Source: a virus
Lineage: Duplodnaviria > Caudoviricetes
Strand: one strand, 5' to 3'
DNA: 64,000 nt
Virus record (IMG/VR): IMGVR_UViG_3300029305_003259
Location: 64,432 to 128,431 of that record
Shown: positions 49,159 through 58,792 of the stretch, in pieces
How the letters are laid out: every line of letters starts with the position of its first letter
How positions within the stretch are numbered: the first letter of the stretch is position 1
Program-made: the position numbers and the translations under genes
The notes under the pieces: generated by a model
Seen by the model: the letters and a program-made list of their open reading frames with translations, nothing else
What the model was told of the DNA's origin: nothing
Databases searched by the model: none

Positions 49159-49607
49159 TTTGCTACCGCCCAGCCCAGAGGTCAACCTATGGATAATGGC
49201 CACTATTCCAAACCTTTAACCTGGGATTTTATCAACCTTTATCGGACTCAACGCTATCCTATAATATTATATAAATCATCAATAATTAGTAGCGGATAGC
49301 ATTATCTACGCCCTCTTTACACCTTTGACCAAAATGATCTTTGAGCGCATCAACCACAGATGCAATAAAAACTTTGAATCTTGAACATTGAACCTTGATT
49401 CTTAAATTTTAATCTTTACAGTAAAATATAATATTATCTAATATTATAAAATCTTTTCAATCTATAAAGATTTTATGTATAGAATACAAGATTAGCAGTC
49501 TTGTTCTAAACCAAGTTTGCGATTACTTTCTTTAAATTTTTAATATCCCTCTAAGTAATCAAAAAGAATAGATAAGCAGTCATTTTAGGTTTTCGGGCGG
49601 TAGCAAA
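49159..49607 (-). ncRNA. Candidate large structured ncRNA (~450 nt) after the DIP1984-like gene
   Basis: Perfect 13-bp terminal inverted repeat TTTGCTACCGCCC/GGGCGGTAGCAAA, several internal hairpins, 7-nt periodic tract, no ORF in the track. Confidence 0.65.
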
Positions 49608-49616
49608 TTAATTCAT

Positions 49617-50270
49617 TTAATACTCAATATCAATTACAGTCAGAGCATTGGAAACACTCAAAGCTGCATCAACTTCAGTATTGAACTCGTCAACCTCATT
49701 AGATAGATCCTCAATAAGCTTAGTAGCATTCAGAGGATCAATCAGATCATAAGTATTATTCTCAATATAAGTCTTACGAAGAGCCTTCATTGCATCGCTG
49801 TCTACGGTCATCTTTGCATCCTTGGGCTGTGCGGCAATAACATCAAGAATATACTTCTCAGCACGCTTCTCAATAGCTTCACCACTATTGCGGTTCAGTT
49901 CCATCTGAGCTCCAGCATTCTGATTAGCTACAGTACGCATATAAGCGGACTTAAATAGCATACCATGGTTCTTCATTTCAATAGCCTCAGCAACAGTGTA
50001 CTCAACGTCTCCAACCTTAACCTTGGTAACAGCATTGGAAAGAACAACTGCACGCTTAATTGCATTGCGACGATTAATTAGATCAGTAACCTTCTGATGA
50101 CAAGACTTCATATGATCCTTAAAATCATTAACAGTCTTGCCCTGAATCTTCTCGTTGGAATGCTTATTAGCAATTACGTAAGTACCTTCCATGATAGCCT
50201 TATTGATACGGCTATCGATTACCTTGAGTTCAGCCAGAGCCTTATGAACAGTCATCTTCTCAGTATGCAT
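49617..50270 (-). CDS. DIP1984/DUF6847-like long coiled-coil protein
   Basis: MTVHKALAELK...SNAVT.V...TVAEAI...EVDAALSVSNALT.I pattern; AGGAGGAG RBS. Confidence 0.7.
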   Translation of the reverse strand: MHTEKMTVHKALAELKVIDSRINKAIMEGTYVIANKHSNEKIQGKTVNDFKDHMKSCHQKVTDLINRRNAIKRAVVLSNAVTKVKVGDVEYTVAEAIEMKNHGMLFKSAYMRTVANQNAGAQMELNRNSGEAIEKRAEKYILDVIAAQPKDAKMTVDSDAMKALRKTYIENNTYDLIDPLNATKLIEDLSNEVDEFNTEVDAALSVSNALTVIDIEY

Positions 50271-50297
50271 AGTTAACTCCTCCTAAATTTTAAACTT

Positions 50298-50372
50298 TGG
50301 TATACCCTGAAAGAATTGAACTCTCACCTCTTGGTTCGTAGCCAAGCGTCTTCTCCGTTCGACTAAGGGTAC
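50298..50372 (-). tRNA. tRNA-Arg(ACG)
   Basis: CTTGG-CT ACG AA-CCAAG, CCA. Confidence 0.88.
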
Positions 50373-50438
50373 ATATTATATTGACACAGAACCTCACTTG
50401 TCAATTTTGCGACCCGACTCACATTGTCGCTTTCCACA

Positions 50439-50483
50439 TTAATTTTGTACCGTAATTATAGCATATTATTTTTACTTTGTCAA
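50439..50483 (-). promoter_or_regulatory. Promoter of the tRNA-Arg / DIP1984-like / ncRNA unit
   Basis: Minus strand TTGACA-17-TATAAT-TACGGTACAAAATTAA. Confidence 0.85.
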
Positions 50484-50488
50484 GAGGT

Positions 50489-50803
50489 TTATGCTTCGAA
50501 AAACTGACCCCACAGAGAATTTACGTCGTCAATAAAAATATCAAGACGCTTGTCAAAGCTCTTATAATAGCGATTCATAATTCGCTCCTTGACCTTATCC
50601 TTGCCTGTCTTTACATCAAACTCATCAGCAGGATCACACGTTACGACAGTTCTAAAAGAATCGGGCATCAGACACTTATCATTAATATAACAAAACGAGG
50701 TTCCATCAAGAATCTTATCGATCTTATTTACTACATCATACTTGGTACCATCAAGAACTCCAATAACCTGTCGCTTACCCTCATTAACATAATACTTAAT
50801 CAT
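50489..50803 (-). CDS. Hypothetical phage protein
   Basis: C.P.D.FD...G motif; AAGGAG RBS. Confidence 0.75.
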   Translation of the reverse strand: MIKYYVNEGKRQVIGVLDGTKYDVVNKIDKILDGTSFCYINDKCLMPDSFRTVVTCDPADEFDVKTGKDKVKERIMNRYYKSFDKRLDIFIDDVNSLWGQFFEA

Positions 50804-50816
50804 TGTATTGCTCCTT

Positions 50817-50936
50817 TTAATTTTCAGACTTAGTTACTCGACGGAGCATGCGCTCCCACTTTTTAATTAGCTTTGCATTCTCTACAGGATTTGTATTAAG
50901 CTTTGCAATACGATTTTCAATATGCAGTTTCGTCAT
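50817..50936 (-). CDS. Small basic protein (39 aa, not in ORF track)
   Basis: MTKLHIENRIAKLNTNPVENAKLIKKWERMLRRVTKSEN; GGAG RBS; promoter at 50955-51002. Confidence 0.7.
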   Translation of the reverse strand: MTKLHIENRIAKLNTNPVENAKLIKKWERMLRRVTKSEN

Positions 50937-51009
50937 TTTTGCATCTCCGTTTCATTAATTTTGAACTGTATATATAATAACATAAAATTTTCTATTTGTC
51001 AAGAGGTTT

Positions 51010-51153
51010 TTAATCAAAAGATTCTATCTTATGTTTTTCTTTTCTGGAATAAGATCCTTTGCCCTTTTTAGCCTTAACCTTAGAGCCTCTGCGCTTAAAC
51101 TGCAGATATTCCCGCAGTTCATCTTTATCCTTTTTGAATATCGTCTTATCCAT
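51010..51153 (-). CDS. ArfA-like alternative ribosome-rescue factor (47 aa, not in ORF track)
   Basis: MDKTIFKKDKDELREYLQFKRRGSKVKAKKGKGSYSRKEKHKIESFD contains KKGKGSYxRKxKH; AAGGGG RBS; promoter at 51165-51193. Confidence 0.75.
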   Translation of the reverse strand: MDKTIFKKDKDELREYLQFKRRGSKVKAKKGKGSYSRKEKHKIESFD

Positions 51154-51170
51154 ATTTCCCCTTGATTATA

Positions 51171-51980
51171 TCACAATAATTTTGTGTTGTCAATACCTTT
51201 TGCGGCACAAATTACATTTTCTAATAGCGAAACTCTTGTCATTAGTCCGACACCGCCAGGTACGGAAGTAATTAAAGCGTCTTCACTATAGTTAGACTTA
51301 TCTACATCGCCATACAGCTTGCCATCTTCCCCACGAGAAATACCAACATCAATAACTATTTTATAATTAGGCACATTTTTAATTAAGCCGGCCTGACCGG
51401 TTGCACTAATAATAATATTTGAAATATCAATCATTCTGTCAAGCAGATATTTATTTGTATGACTATTGCACCAAATTACAGTTGCATTATGCTGTGCTAA
51501 CAAATTCACCATTGGCCTACCTACTTCTCCTCGACCAATGACGCAGCACACTTCTCCGTCTACATCAATGCCAATTTCCTGCAGAATGGTCATTACACCC
51601 ATTGGGGTGCAAGGCGTAAATTTACTATTGGGCTTAAACCCATCTACGTCTTTCCCGTCCGCAATAGAGCATAAAATCCTTTCCTTATCCATGTGCTCTG
51701 GCAAAGGCATCTGTACAATTATACCATTAATATTCTCATCTAGGTTAAGCTGATCAATCAAGTCTAAAATATCATTATCTTTGCAATCCTCTTCAAACTT
51801 GTAATGTATGAAATTGATACCAACTTCTTCACAGTCAGACTTCTTACCCTTAATATATGAATTAGAAGCAGCATTATTGCCAACCTGGATTACGGCAAGT
51901 GTAGGAACATATTCAATTGATTGGAGTAATTCTTTAATGTAAGACTTATGCCGTGAGGCAATTTTCTTACAGTCAATCAT
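51171..51980 (-). CDS. folD: Methylene-THF dehydrogenase/cyclohydrolase
   Basis: S.SYI..K, GIIVQMPLP, KDVDG, PCTP.G, IDVGI, GDVD, VPGGVG.MT. Confidence 0.96.
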   Translation of the reverse strand: MIDCKKIASRHKSYIKELLQSIEYVPTLAVIQVGNNAASNSYIKGKKSDCEEVGINFIHYKFEEDCKDNDILDLIDQLNLDENINGIIVQMPLPEHMDKERILCSIADGKDVDGFKPNSKFTPCTPMGVMTILQEIGIDVDGEVCCVIGRGEVGRPMVNLLAQHNATVIWCNSHTNKYLLDRMIDISNIIISATGQAGLIKNVPNYKIVIDVGISRGEDGKLYGDVDKSNYSEDALITSVPGGVGLMTRVSLLENVICAAKGIDNTKLL

Positions 51981-52305
51981 CGTCCTCATCTCCATAACAG
52001 AATTTATCGTCAGACTGGCTCCAATCAATTAGATTATAGCTAAATTCGCTGTCACACTGTTCGATGCTAATACTCCAAACAAAATATCCATCTTCGTCTA
52101 CCAGAGTAATAAAAACATCTTCAGCACCAGGGCCAAATGCATTATCCGTAGCATCAAGCATTGCATCCACAATATCGGAAAGATTTTCATAATTCGTGAG
52201 TTCTTCAAAACTCATATCTGCGACATGAGGCATCTCATAATCCTTGTTTGCAAAAAAGACATTATGGATAATATTGTTTCCTCTCTCAATAGAAAAAGTT
52301 CTCAT
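51973..52305 (-). CDS. Acidic hypothetical protein
   Basis: AAAGGAG RBS and upstream promoter. Confidence 0.7.
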   Translation of the reverse strand: MRTFSIERGNNIIHNVFFANKDYEMPHVADMSFEELTNYENLSDIVDAMLDATDNAFGPGAEDVFITLVDEDGYFVWSISIEQCDSEFSYNLIDWSQSDDKFCYGDEDDD

Positions 52306-52430
52306 ACAATTGCTCCTTTCTGATTGTGTTCATATCTTATCACAATAATTTTGTATTGTCAATAGTGCAAAATAACCAAAGGACTACTATTAAAATTGTT
52401 TATTTTAGTTAAAATCCTCTGGTTATAATT

Positions 52431-52619
52431 TTAAGCTTTATTTTTTGTCATGTATTCTTTTACATAATCCAGCATTTGGTGCGCCTCTATTTCACCATTA
52501 ACCTCTTTATTTGCCATTTCTTTAAATTCTTCTGAAATTGGTAAATTGACAGGCGCTGATTCTAATATAAACATCCATGCTTTGCAACGATTTTCTTTTG
52601 CACTATTTGATAATATCAC
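52431..52619 (-). CDS. Small protein resembling VbhA-type antitoxins
   Basis: A...I.....L..SEEF......V.GEI pattern; GAGGTGA RBS; own promoter. Confidence 0.45.
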   Translation of the reverse strand: MILSNSAKENRCKAWMFILESAPVNLPISEEFKEMANKEVNGEIEAHQMLDYVKEYMTKNKA

Positions 52620-52756
52620 TTTGCTATCACCTCTTGATATTATTTTATATCAATATGGTTATTTTGTCAATAGCAAAATGCACAAGAGACTTAGCGTATG
52701 TTTTGGGAATTCTATATAAAGCCTCCTGTGCATTTGCGATTTTATCATTGAATTAA

Positions 52757-55700
52757 TTAGATGTCAACATTAATTAGATAATTTGTGATCCAAGGTTCTG
52801 TTTCTGATAATTTAATCCACTGCCCATTTTCATCCTTACGAGACTTATTGCGTGACTCAGAGGTGAACTTAATTACACAACCAACGTCAAATGGGTTGCG
52901 CTGATACATAGCCTTTTGCACCTTATAAATTGAAGTTTTGCCAGTAGATAATTCATACATTGTAACTTTAGGGCTATACTTAGTGTCTATTTTCATAATA
53001 TATCCAGTATTCTTTTTTTCTGGCATCATCAATGAAACATAGCCTAAATATTCAGATTGCCATTCGATACGAGATTGAATTGGGGCTTCTACATTAGGAA
53101 TCATCGAACATAGTTCGCTTAAAAACGCATCTGGGTCAGTTAATCTATATTGTTTTTCAGTCTGTGTACTATATTTTTCAATGAGTTCTACTGGTATACC
53201 ATTAATCTTATCTTTCTTTATGATCTTTTTACCTGCATACATATCATAAATTGAAGCAATCCTAAGCAATGTACCAGATGGCGCAAACTCTGAAAAATAG
53301 TCTAACTTAATTAAAATATCTCTTTGTTTTGTATTCCCTGGGAATACCTTCAATAACTCTATGAATGAATTAAATTCTTGGTCTTTCATTTCATATAACT
53401 TATTAGAAACATCTTCATTAAGAAATTTTACAGATGATACTCCTTTATAAATCACATTTTCGGTTTTATCGCAGTTGTACTCTGCTTTAGAATGTCTAAA
53501 TTTGATATCTTTAAGTGATAGACCAAATTTAGGCATTTCTTCGATTAAGTTTGAAGTTCTATCCATATCTCCGCTATACATTGTTAATACAACAGTATAA
53601 TATTCCAATGGATAATGCGCCTTTAAGTATGCCCCATATAGACTATCAATGGCAACGGATAAACTATGTGATGCATTAAAAGAATAATGCGCCGCATCTT
53701 CAACGACTTGCCAAGTTTCATTAAATCCTTCTTCTTTGCCTACATTTTTTACCCATCCAGCAAGAAGTTCAGATTTAAGTTGCTTAAGCTCTTCTTCTTT
53801 AAACTTCTTCTTGGCAATCTTCTTGATAATATCATAAGTGCCCTTTTCCTCTACGCCTAACCATACCAAGTATTTCATAATAGATTCCTGATAAATTAGG
53901 TAATGGAAGGAATCCTCTAAGATATCATCGAGCTCCTTAACTCCTGTAGTATAAGGTTTTCTTTCTACAAAGTTATTTAACAATGATGCAAATCCGGGTC
54001 GAATAGCCGCAACATAAGCAGATAACTCTGCCAAATTCTTAGGCTTATACTTCTTTAAGATTTGTTTATCAAAGTCCGAATCGCACTGGTTGATTGTGGT
54101 AGTTAGTGCATTTGCATAAATATCCCATACCTTGTCATCACACTTTTTGAGCAAATCGTTAATATTATCAATAGGTTGTCCAATTAACTCATAAACATCG
54201 TGGATAATCTTATATACAGAAACAGTTAGGTAATCGTTTTTTAAGAACTTATATACATCACAATTATAGCCATCAAGGCAACAACATGTAACGTCTCCAA
54301 CCTTAATTAAACCAACCATTTCTGAAATCTTGTCATTAGACAGTAGGAAACTACATGGACTTGGAGCAACACTTTCTACTACTCCTCTGAACACTTTGCT
54401 TCCTTCAATTAAATCCTTCCACTTCTTATCCTCCAGATAATTATCCAAATTCTTTGCAACTTCATCATACTCAGAAATATGTAAGTCATTGGCCTTACAC
54501 CATAGTCTAAACGCAGAAGATTCTTGTAGCGGTTTATATGCAACCATGTAATAAATGCCATCTTCGCCAAGAATATCTTTACTTGCTCTAATTACAGGCT
54601 CTACGTCTGCGAAATTTAGGTCGATATCTGGCAAGGATCTACTGGACAAAATACGTTCAGCAGACATGAATCTAGTAGGATATAATGTAATTGGCGCAGC
54701 AATACGATCTACTTCTGTTAATCCAAGAAGTTTATTAACATAGAAAGATACCGCAGACCCTCTTCCTGATTTGGTCAAAATAGCATCATAATCTTCAACA
54801 GCCTTTTGTACAACATAATGGTCTAAGATAAAATAATCTGCCATTCCACAGTCTTCGATAATCTTATATTCATATTTAATCTGCTTAATATATTCAGACC
54901 ATTTTTCTCTAGGAACATTATGCTTTTCCTTATTCCAACCTTCATTGATTAACTTCTTCAACACTGTATTACTATCACCTTTAACAACTTTAGGAATCTT
55001 AAATTCCTTATCAATAGTAATCCCTTCTGCTTTATCAATGACTAATGTATTATTTAATGCACTTTGGGCCTCTTCTCTTGTCAATACTCCCTGCTTTGCA
55101 TATCTTTCAAGAATAGTATCGGAATCAGGATAATCTAAACAAAATCCGCTTTCCTCTTCATAAATAATTCCTTTGGCTTTAAGAAATAAGTCTCTATATT
55201 TTGCATCTTCTGGAAGAATATAATGAGAGTCATTAGCATGAATAATCTGCACACCTCTTTTTCTGTGCAGTTCCATAATCTTCTTATTATATTCAACTTG
55301 TTTATTATCTGAATGGCATTGTACCTCTAAGAAAAAGTTGTTGCCAAAATGTTTATATATTGGATTAAAGAATTTTTCTTCCCACCCCGGTTTAAACATA
55401 CGGCCTGCCACACATGCAGTAGTTACAACAGTTTCATCTGGAGTTAAAGATAAAAGCATCTTTAAATCAATTCTTGGCTTATAATAAAATCCATCGGTAT
55501 TAGCAATAGAAAGAATCTTATTAATTTCTCTACGTGCATTTTCAGTAAGTGCCACAAGCATTAGGTGATAATTTGTACGACTGGTTCTGTCATTAACATC
55601 ATCAACATAATATGCTTCGACACCATAAATGCATTTTAGTCCATGCTCTTGGCAAAGAGTATAAGATTCATAAATATTACCCTGAAATCCATGTTCAGTA

Positions 55701-55822
55701 GTTACATATTCCGTATGTCCCAACTCAATTGCACGTTTAATGTAGTCAATAGGTTTAACTACACAATCCAATGTTCTTAAATTAGAATACATGGTATGTT
55801 TATGATAATTAACATATCTCAT
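52757..55822 (-). CDS. dnaE: DNA polymerase III alpha subunit (DnaE, SPbeta YorL-like)
   Basis: PHP domain (NYHKH, TEHG, DSHY), GRGSA, PDIDL, K.DYL, YQE, YSFNASHS. Confidence 0.96.
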   Translation of the reverse strand: MRYVNYHKHTMYSNLRTLDCVVKPIDYIKRAIELGHTEYVTTEHGFQGNIYESYTLCQEHGLKCIYGVEAYYVDDVNDRTSRTNYHLMLVALTENARREINKILSIANTDGFYYKPRIDLKMLLSLTPDETVVTTACVAGRMFKPGWEEKFFNPIYKHFGNNFFLEVQCHSDNKQVEYNKKIMELHRKRGVQIIHANDSHYILPEDAKYRDLFLKAKGIIYEEESGFCLDYPDSDTILERYAKQGVLTREEAQSALNNTLVIDKAEGITIDKEFKIPKVVKGDSNTVLKKLINEGWNKEKHNVPREKWSEYIKQIKYEYKIIEDCGMADYFILDHYVVQKAVEDYDAILTKSGRGSAVSFYVNKLLGLTEVDRIAAPITLYPTRFMSAERILSSRSLPDIDLNFADVEPVIRASKDILGEDGIYYMVAYKPLQESSAFRLWCKANDLHISEYDEVAKNLDNYLEDKKWKDLIEGSKVFRGVVESVAPSPCSFLLSNDKISEMVGLIKVGDVTCCCLDGYNCDVYKFLKNDYLTVSVYKIIHDVYELIGQPIDNINDLLKKCDDKVWDIYANALTTTINQCDSDFDKQILKKYKPKNLAELSAYVAAIRPGFASLLNNFVERKPYTTGVKELDDILEDSFHYLIYQESIMKYLVWLGVEEKGTYDIIKKIAKKKFKEEELKQLKSELLAGWVKNVGKEEGFNETWQVVEDAAHYSFNASHSLSVAIDSLYGAYLKAHYPLEYYTVVLTMYSGDMDRTSNLIEEMPKFGLSLKDIKFRHSKAEYNCDKTENVIYKGVSSVKFLNEDVSNKLYEMKDQEFNSFIELLKVFPGNTKQRDILIKLDYFSEFAPSGTLLRIASIYDMYAGKKIIKKDKINGIPVELIEKYSTQTEKQYRLTDPDAFLSELCSMIPNVEAPIQSRIEWQSEYLGYVSLMMPEKKNTGYIMKIDTKYSPKVTMYELSTGKTSIYKVQKAMYQRNPFDVGCVIKFTSESRNKSRKDENGQWIKLSETEPWITNYLINVDI

Positions 55823-55860
55823 TTATTATCACCTACTTTAATTTTGTGTTGTGTATAATA

Positions 55861-57468
55861 TCATAAATTTTCTGTTTTGTCAATACATTTCCAATCTTGA
55901 ATAGTTAGCTGCAAATAATCATATTTTCCATAGTGCGCACGCTCTAATGTGCCAATGGTGCAAAACTTTCCATTAAAATCCCAATCGCCATTATAATTCC
56001 ATTTAACAAATATCATTCCAGTATCATCAATAATCTTCAAGTGTTTGCCATTAGACATTGAAGATATCTCATAGCCATCGCTTTCAATCATAACAGTAAT
56101 TGGCTCAAATCCTGTTCCACTAATGCGGTTTAATGCGTTAAGCTTTTTAATTAAATCACCTGTTACCTGGCCGGTTGATAGTTGAATATCCGCATTCGTC
56201 TCCGTAACAAATTCCACGTCTTTTAATGCATCTAAAATTGATGCCTTAAATTCTTCGAATCTATCAATCGGAACATTAAAGCCTGCAGCAAGTTCATGTC
56301 CTGCGCATGTACCAATTCCAGTATTGTCACAATACTCTTTGAAATTACGAACGCCTACAGCTCTCATTGAGCCAGCATATTCATTTTCATGCTTTTTTAA
56401 AATAAACAAAGGTCTCTGGAACTGCTCAAGCAACTTATTGCCAATTAAACCACTTACGCTGGCTTCTGTATCATCTGGAATGAAAAAGAACATTACCTTG
56501 TTATCTAACTGACTCTCTGCCTGTTCTTGTAGACTTGGCATAATCTTGTCTACGATTTTATTTTGCTCCGTCCTACAATTATTAAGTCCCTTTACGATTT
56601 CGGCAATTTCCTCTTCATCATCAGACAAGAATATATTCATTGCTAATTCATTATTATCAACTCTGTTTGCAGCATTAATCTTAGGAGCAACTCCAAAACT
56701 AATATTACGAGCCACAAACGCATAACTGCCATTAATTTTCTTAATGCCAGGATTACGCAAATTACCGAATGCCTTATGACAAATTGCCCTATTTTCCATC
56801 GATGCCATAGAACACATATCTGCCACAAGTCCAGTTGCTGCCAAATCAATCAAACTATCTGCATAATCATCGAGATTTAAATAGTCCATCATCTTGCATA
56901 GCTTCCATGTAGTTGCGGAACCAGACAAATCTGGATTTGCATAATCTACAGCTGAACTTACAAGGACAATGCCTCTATTTTCCATCTCTTCACATAATTC
57001 TGGGGCAATTAGATGGTGATCAGTAATAATTATTTGTATGCCCATATTCAATAATTCCTCGTATGGCTCAATTGAAGTCTGAATACTGTCGACAATCCAT
57101 ACAATATCTGCACCACCAATACAATACGGATCTAATTCCTCAATTCCATGTTTCTTTCCATGGTTAATACCAACGTATACATTGGCTCCTAAATATTCTA
57201 AATATCTAGCTGCAATACTACCTGCCGTACATCCATCAGTGTCAGTATCGTAATGCACATAAAATGTTTTATTATTTTCTACTCCATCTAAAATAATTTG
57301 CGCAGCTTTTTCTATGTTGCGCAAATCTTCTAGTGGTAATATATTATCTTCTTTTGGAAGTAAAAATGAATTGACATCATCAATCCCACGACTTTCTAAT
57401 ATGGCATCAATGATTTCTCCTGTATCCATTCCTCTTCCATCAATCTTTATATTCCATAGTTTTTCCAT
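55861..57468 (-). CDS. recJ: RecJ-like ssDNA exonuclease (DHH)
   Basis: D.D.DG, TDHH, LSGS, ADM, P.INA..R, GS.R, GH..AAG. Confidence 0.93.
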   Translation of the reverse strand: MEKLWNIKIDGRGMDTGEIIDAILESRGIDDVNSFLLPKEDNILPLEDLRNIEKAAQIILDGVENNKTFYVHYDTDTDGCTAGSIAARYLEYLGANVYVGINHGKKHGIEELDPYCIGGADIVWIVDSIQTSIEPYEELLNMGIQIIITDHHLIAPELCEEMENRGIVLVSSAVDYANPDLSGSATTWKLCKMMDYLNLDDYADSLIDLAATGLVADMCSMASMENRAICHKAFGNLRNPGIKKINGSYAFVARNISFGVAPKINAANRVDNNELAMNIFLSDDEEEIAEIVKGLNNCRTEQNKIVDKIMPSLQEQAESQLDNKVMFFFIPDDTEASVSGLIGNKLLEQFQRPLFILKKHENEYAGSMRAVGVRNFKEYCDNTGIGTCAGHELAAGFNVPIDRFEEFKASILDALKDVEFVTETNADIQLSTGQVTGDLIKKLNALNRISGTGFEPITVMIESDGYEISSMSNGKHLKIIDDTGMIFVKWNYNGDWDFNGKFCTIGTLERAHYGKYDYLQLTIQDWKCIDKTENL

Positions 57469-58494
57469 TTATAAATCATAGCCCTCCAAACAAGATTCAT
57501 CTTTAATGCAATATTTTAATATATCATCAAGTGTTTCCTTACCATCATCGCTTGGGCTACACTTTTCTCCTAAATCCAAACATTCTTCCCAATCAAAATA
57601 ACTTATATGTAAACTTCGCATTGTGCATACACTGCGAAGCATATCGATATTCCTTTTTGTATTTTCAAGAGGCAAATTATTATCAAGCATAAATATAACA
57701 TGCTCTGGATTTAATTGTAGAATTAATTTAGCCTGCTGTTCAGATAAATTATTACTGCCAAGAGCAACAGCATTGTTATATCCATAAGAAGCGCATTGTA
57801 GCACGCTTTTCTCGCTTTCAAATATCATTACAGTTTTGCCATACATATTGCTATAATTTTCGCTATATCCATATAGGACATTAGACATACGGCAAGGAAT
57901 CAAGTATAAATATTTTGGATCATATTCATCATCTGTATTATAATTCCGTCTTCCCTTTATCCCTATTAATTGTCCAAATTCATTGCGTATAGGTATAGTT
58001 ATTCTATCAGTAGACACATCATAACCGATCTTCCACTTGGACTGAGTATTTAAATCTATTTTATCCATTCTAAATCTATCGTTTGGTAATTGCAGATATG
58101 TTTTTAGCGTATCTTCTTCGTAAGTTTTTTGTTGCACTTGTTCCCTATGTATAATTTTTGAATATGCTCCGCCAAATATTGAACGACTACTTTTTGGAAC
58201 CCATTCATTTGATAAATTCAGAATACGTTTTATTGCCCCTAATACTGATTTGAAATCCGTATTTTTTTCTTTGATTATATATGAAATTATGTCAGTTTTT
58301 TCTCCATGAACATAATCAGTAACTCCAAGATATTCATCGTCTAAACGAATGTTTATATTTTGTCCACCACTGCTGTTTCTGGCAAAACGCATATTGTTGC
58401 CACGAATATTTATATGCTCAAATCCAAATTCTTGAAGGAGGGAACGTATTGATTCTGGATTTTCAATTAGTTGTTTTTTTAATTCCGCAATCAT
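57469..58494 (-). CDS. DNA primase (TOPRIM)
   Basis: RITIPIRN..G.LIG.KGR, PKY, LYG, FESEKS; lies between helicase and RecJ as in SPbeta. Confidence 0.85.
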   Translation of the reverse strand: MIAELKKQLIENPESIRSLLQEFGFEHINIRGNNMRFARNSSGGQNINIRLDDEYLGVTDYVHGEKTDIISYIIKEKNTDFKSVLGAIKRILNLSNEWVPKSSRSIFGGAYSKIIHREQVQQKTYEEDTLKTYLQLPNDRFRMDKIDLNTQSKWKIGYDVSTDRITIPIRNEFGQLIGIKGRRNYNTDDEYDPKYLYLIPCRMSNVLYGYSENYSNMYGKTVMIFESEKSVLQCASYGYNNAVALGSNNLSEQQAKLILQLNPEHVIFMLDNNLPLENTKRNIDMLRSVCTMRSLHISYFDWEECLDLGEKCSPSDDGKETLDDILKYCIKDESCLEGYDL

Positions 58495-58537
58495 TTGATA
58501 AGTTCCCTCCTCTCGTTAATTTTGTATTGTTATATTA

Positions 58538-58792
58538 TCAAATATTTGCGTTATTGTCAATAGGTTCTACAAAAATGCTAATTCCCATTGCTGCAACTTC
58601 ATTTCTCATGATAAATAGCTGTGCCATTTCGTCTAATGATAAAATTGTAAATACTGTTATACTGGGATCTTCTTCAAGAAGAAGCTTTCCTACATCAAAT
58701 GAGTTCTCTTCTGGCCCTGTATAAAGACCAGAAATATTTTGGCCGCTTTTAAGAGAAACATCAATCTTCCATTTGTTCATATTGGCCTCCAT
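58538..58792 (-). CDS. Hypothetical protein
   Basis: Coupled to the helicase stop codon. Confidence 0.55.
   Translation of the reverse strand: MEANMNKWKIDVSLKSGQNISGLYTGPEENSFDVGKLLLEEDPSITVFTILSLDEMAQLFIMRNEVAAMGISIFVEPIDNNANI

Noticed and set aside
49371-49420. Heptad tract as a CRISPR array or type III antitoxin repeat
   Set aside because: Units are 7 nt, degenerate and have no spacers; no cas or ToxN-like gene nearby.
45651-50372. Stop-codon recoding, suggested by the theta ribozyme
   Set aside because: No suppressor (CTA/TCA/TTA) tRNA seen; genes are full length in code 11 and TAG ends real genes such as nrdD.
24972-55822. Inteins or group I introns in nrdD, ligA or dnaE
   Set aside because: Protein lengths are normal, frames are uninterrupted and no intein splice motifs were seen.
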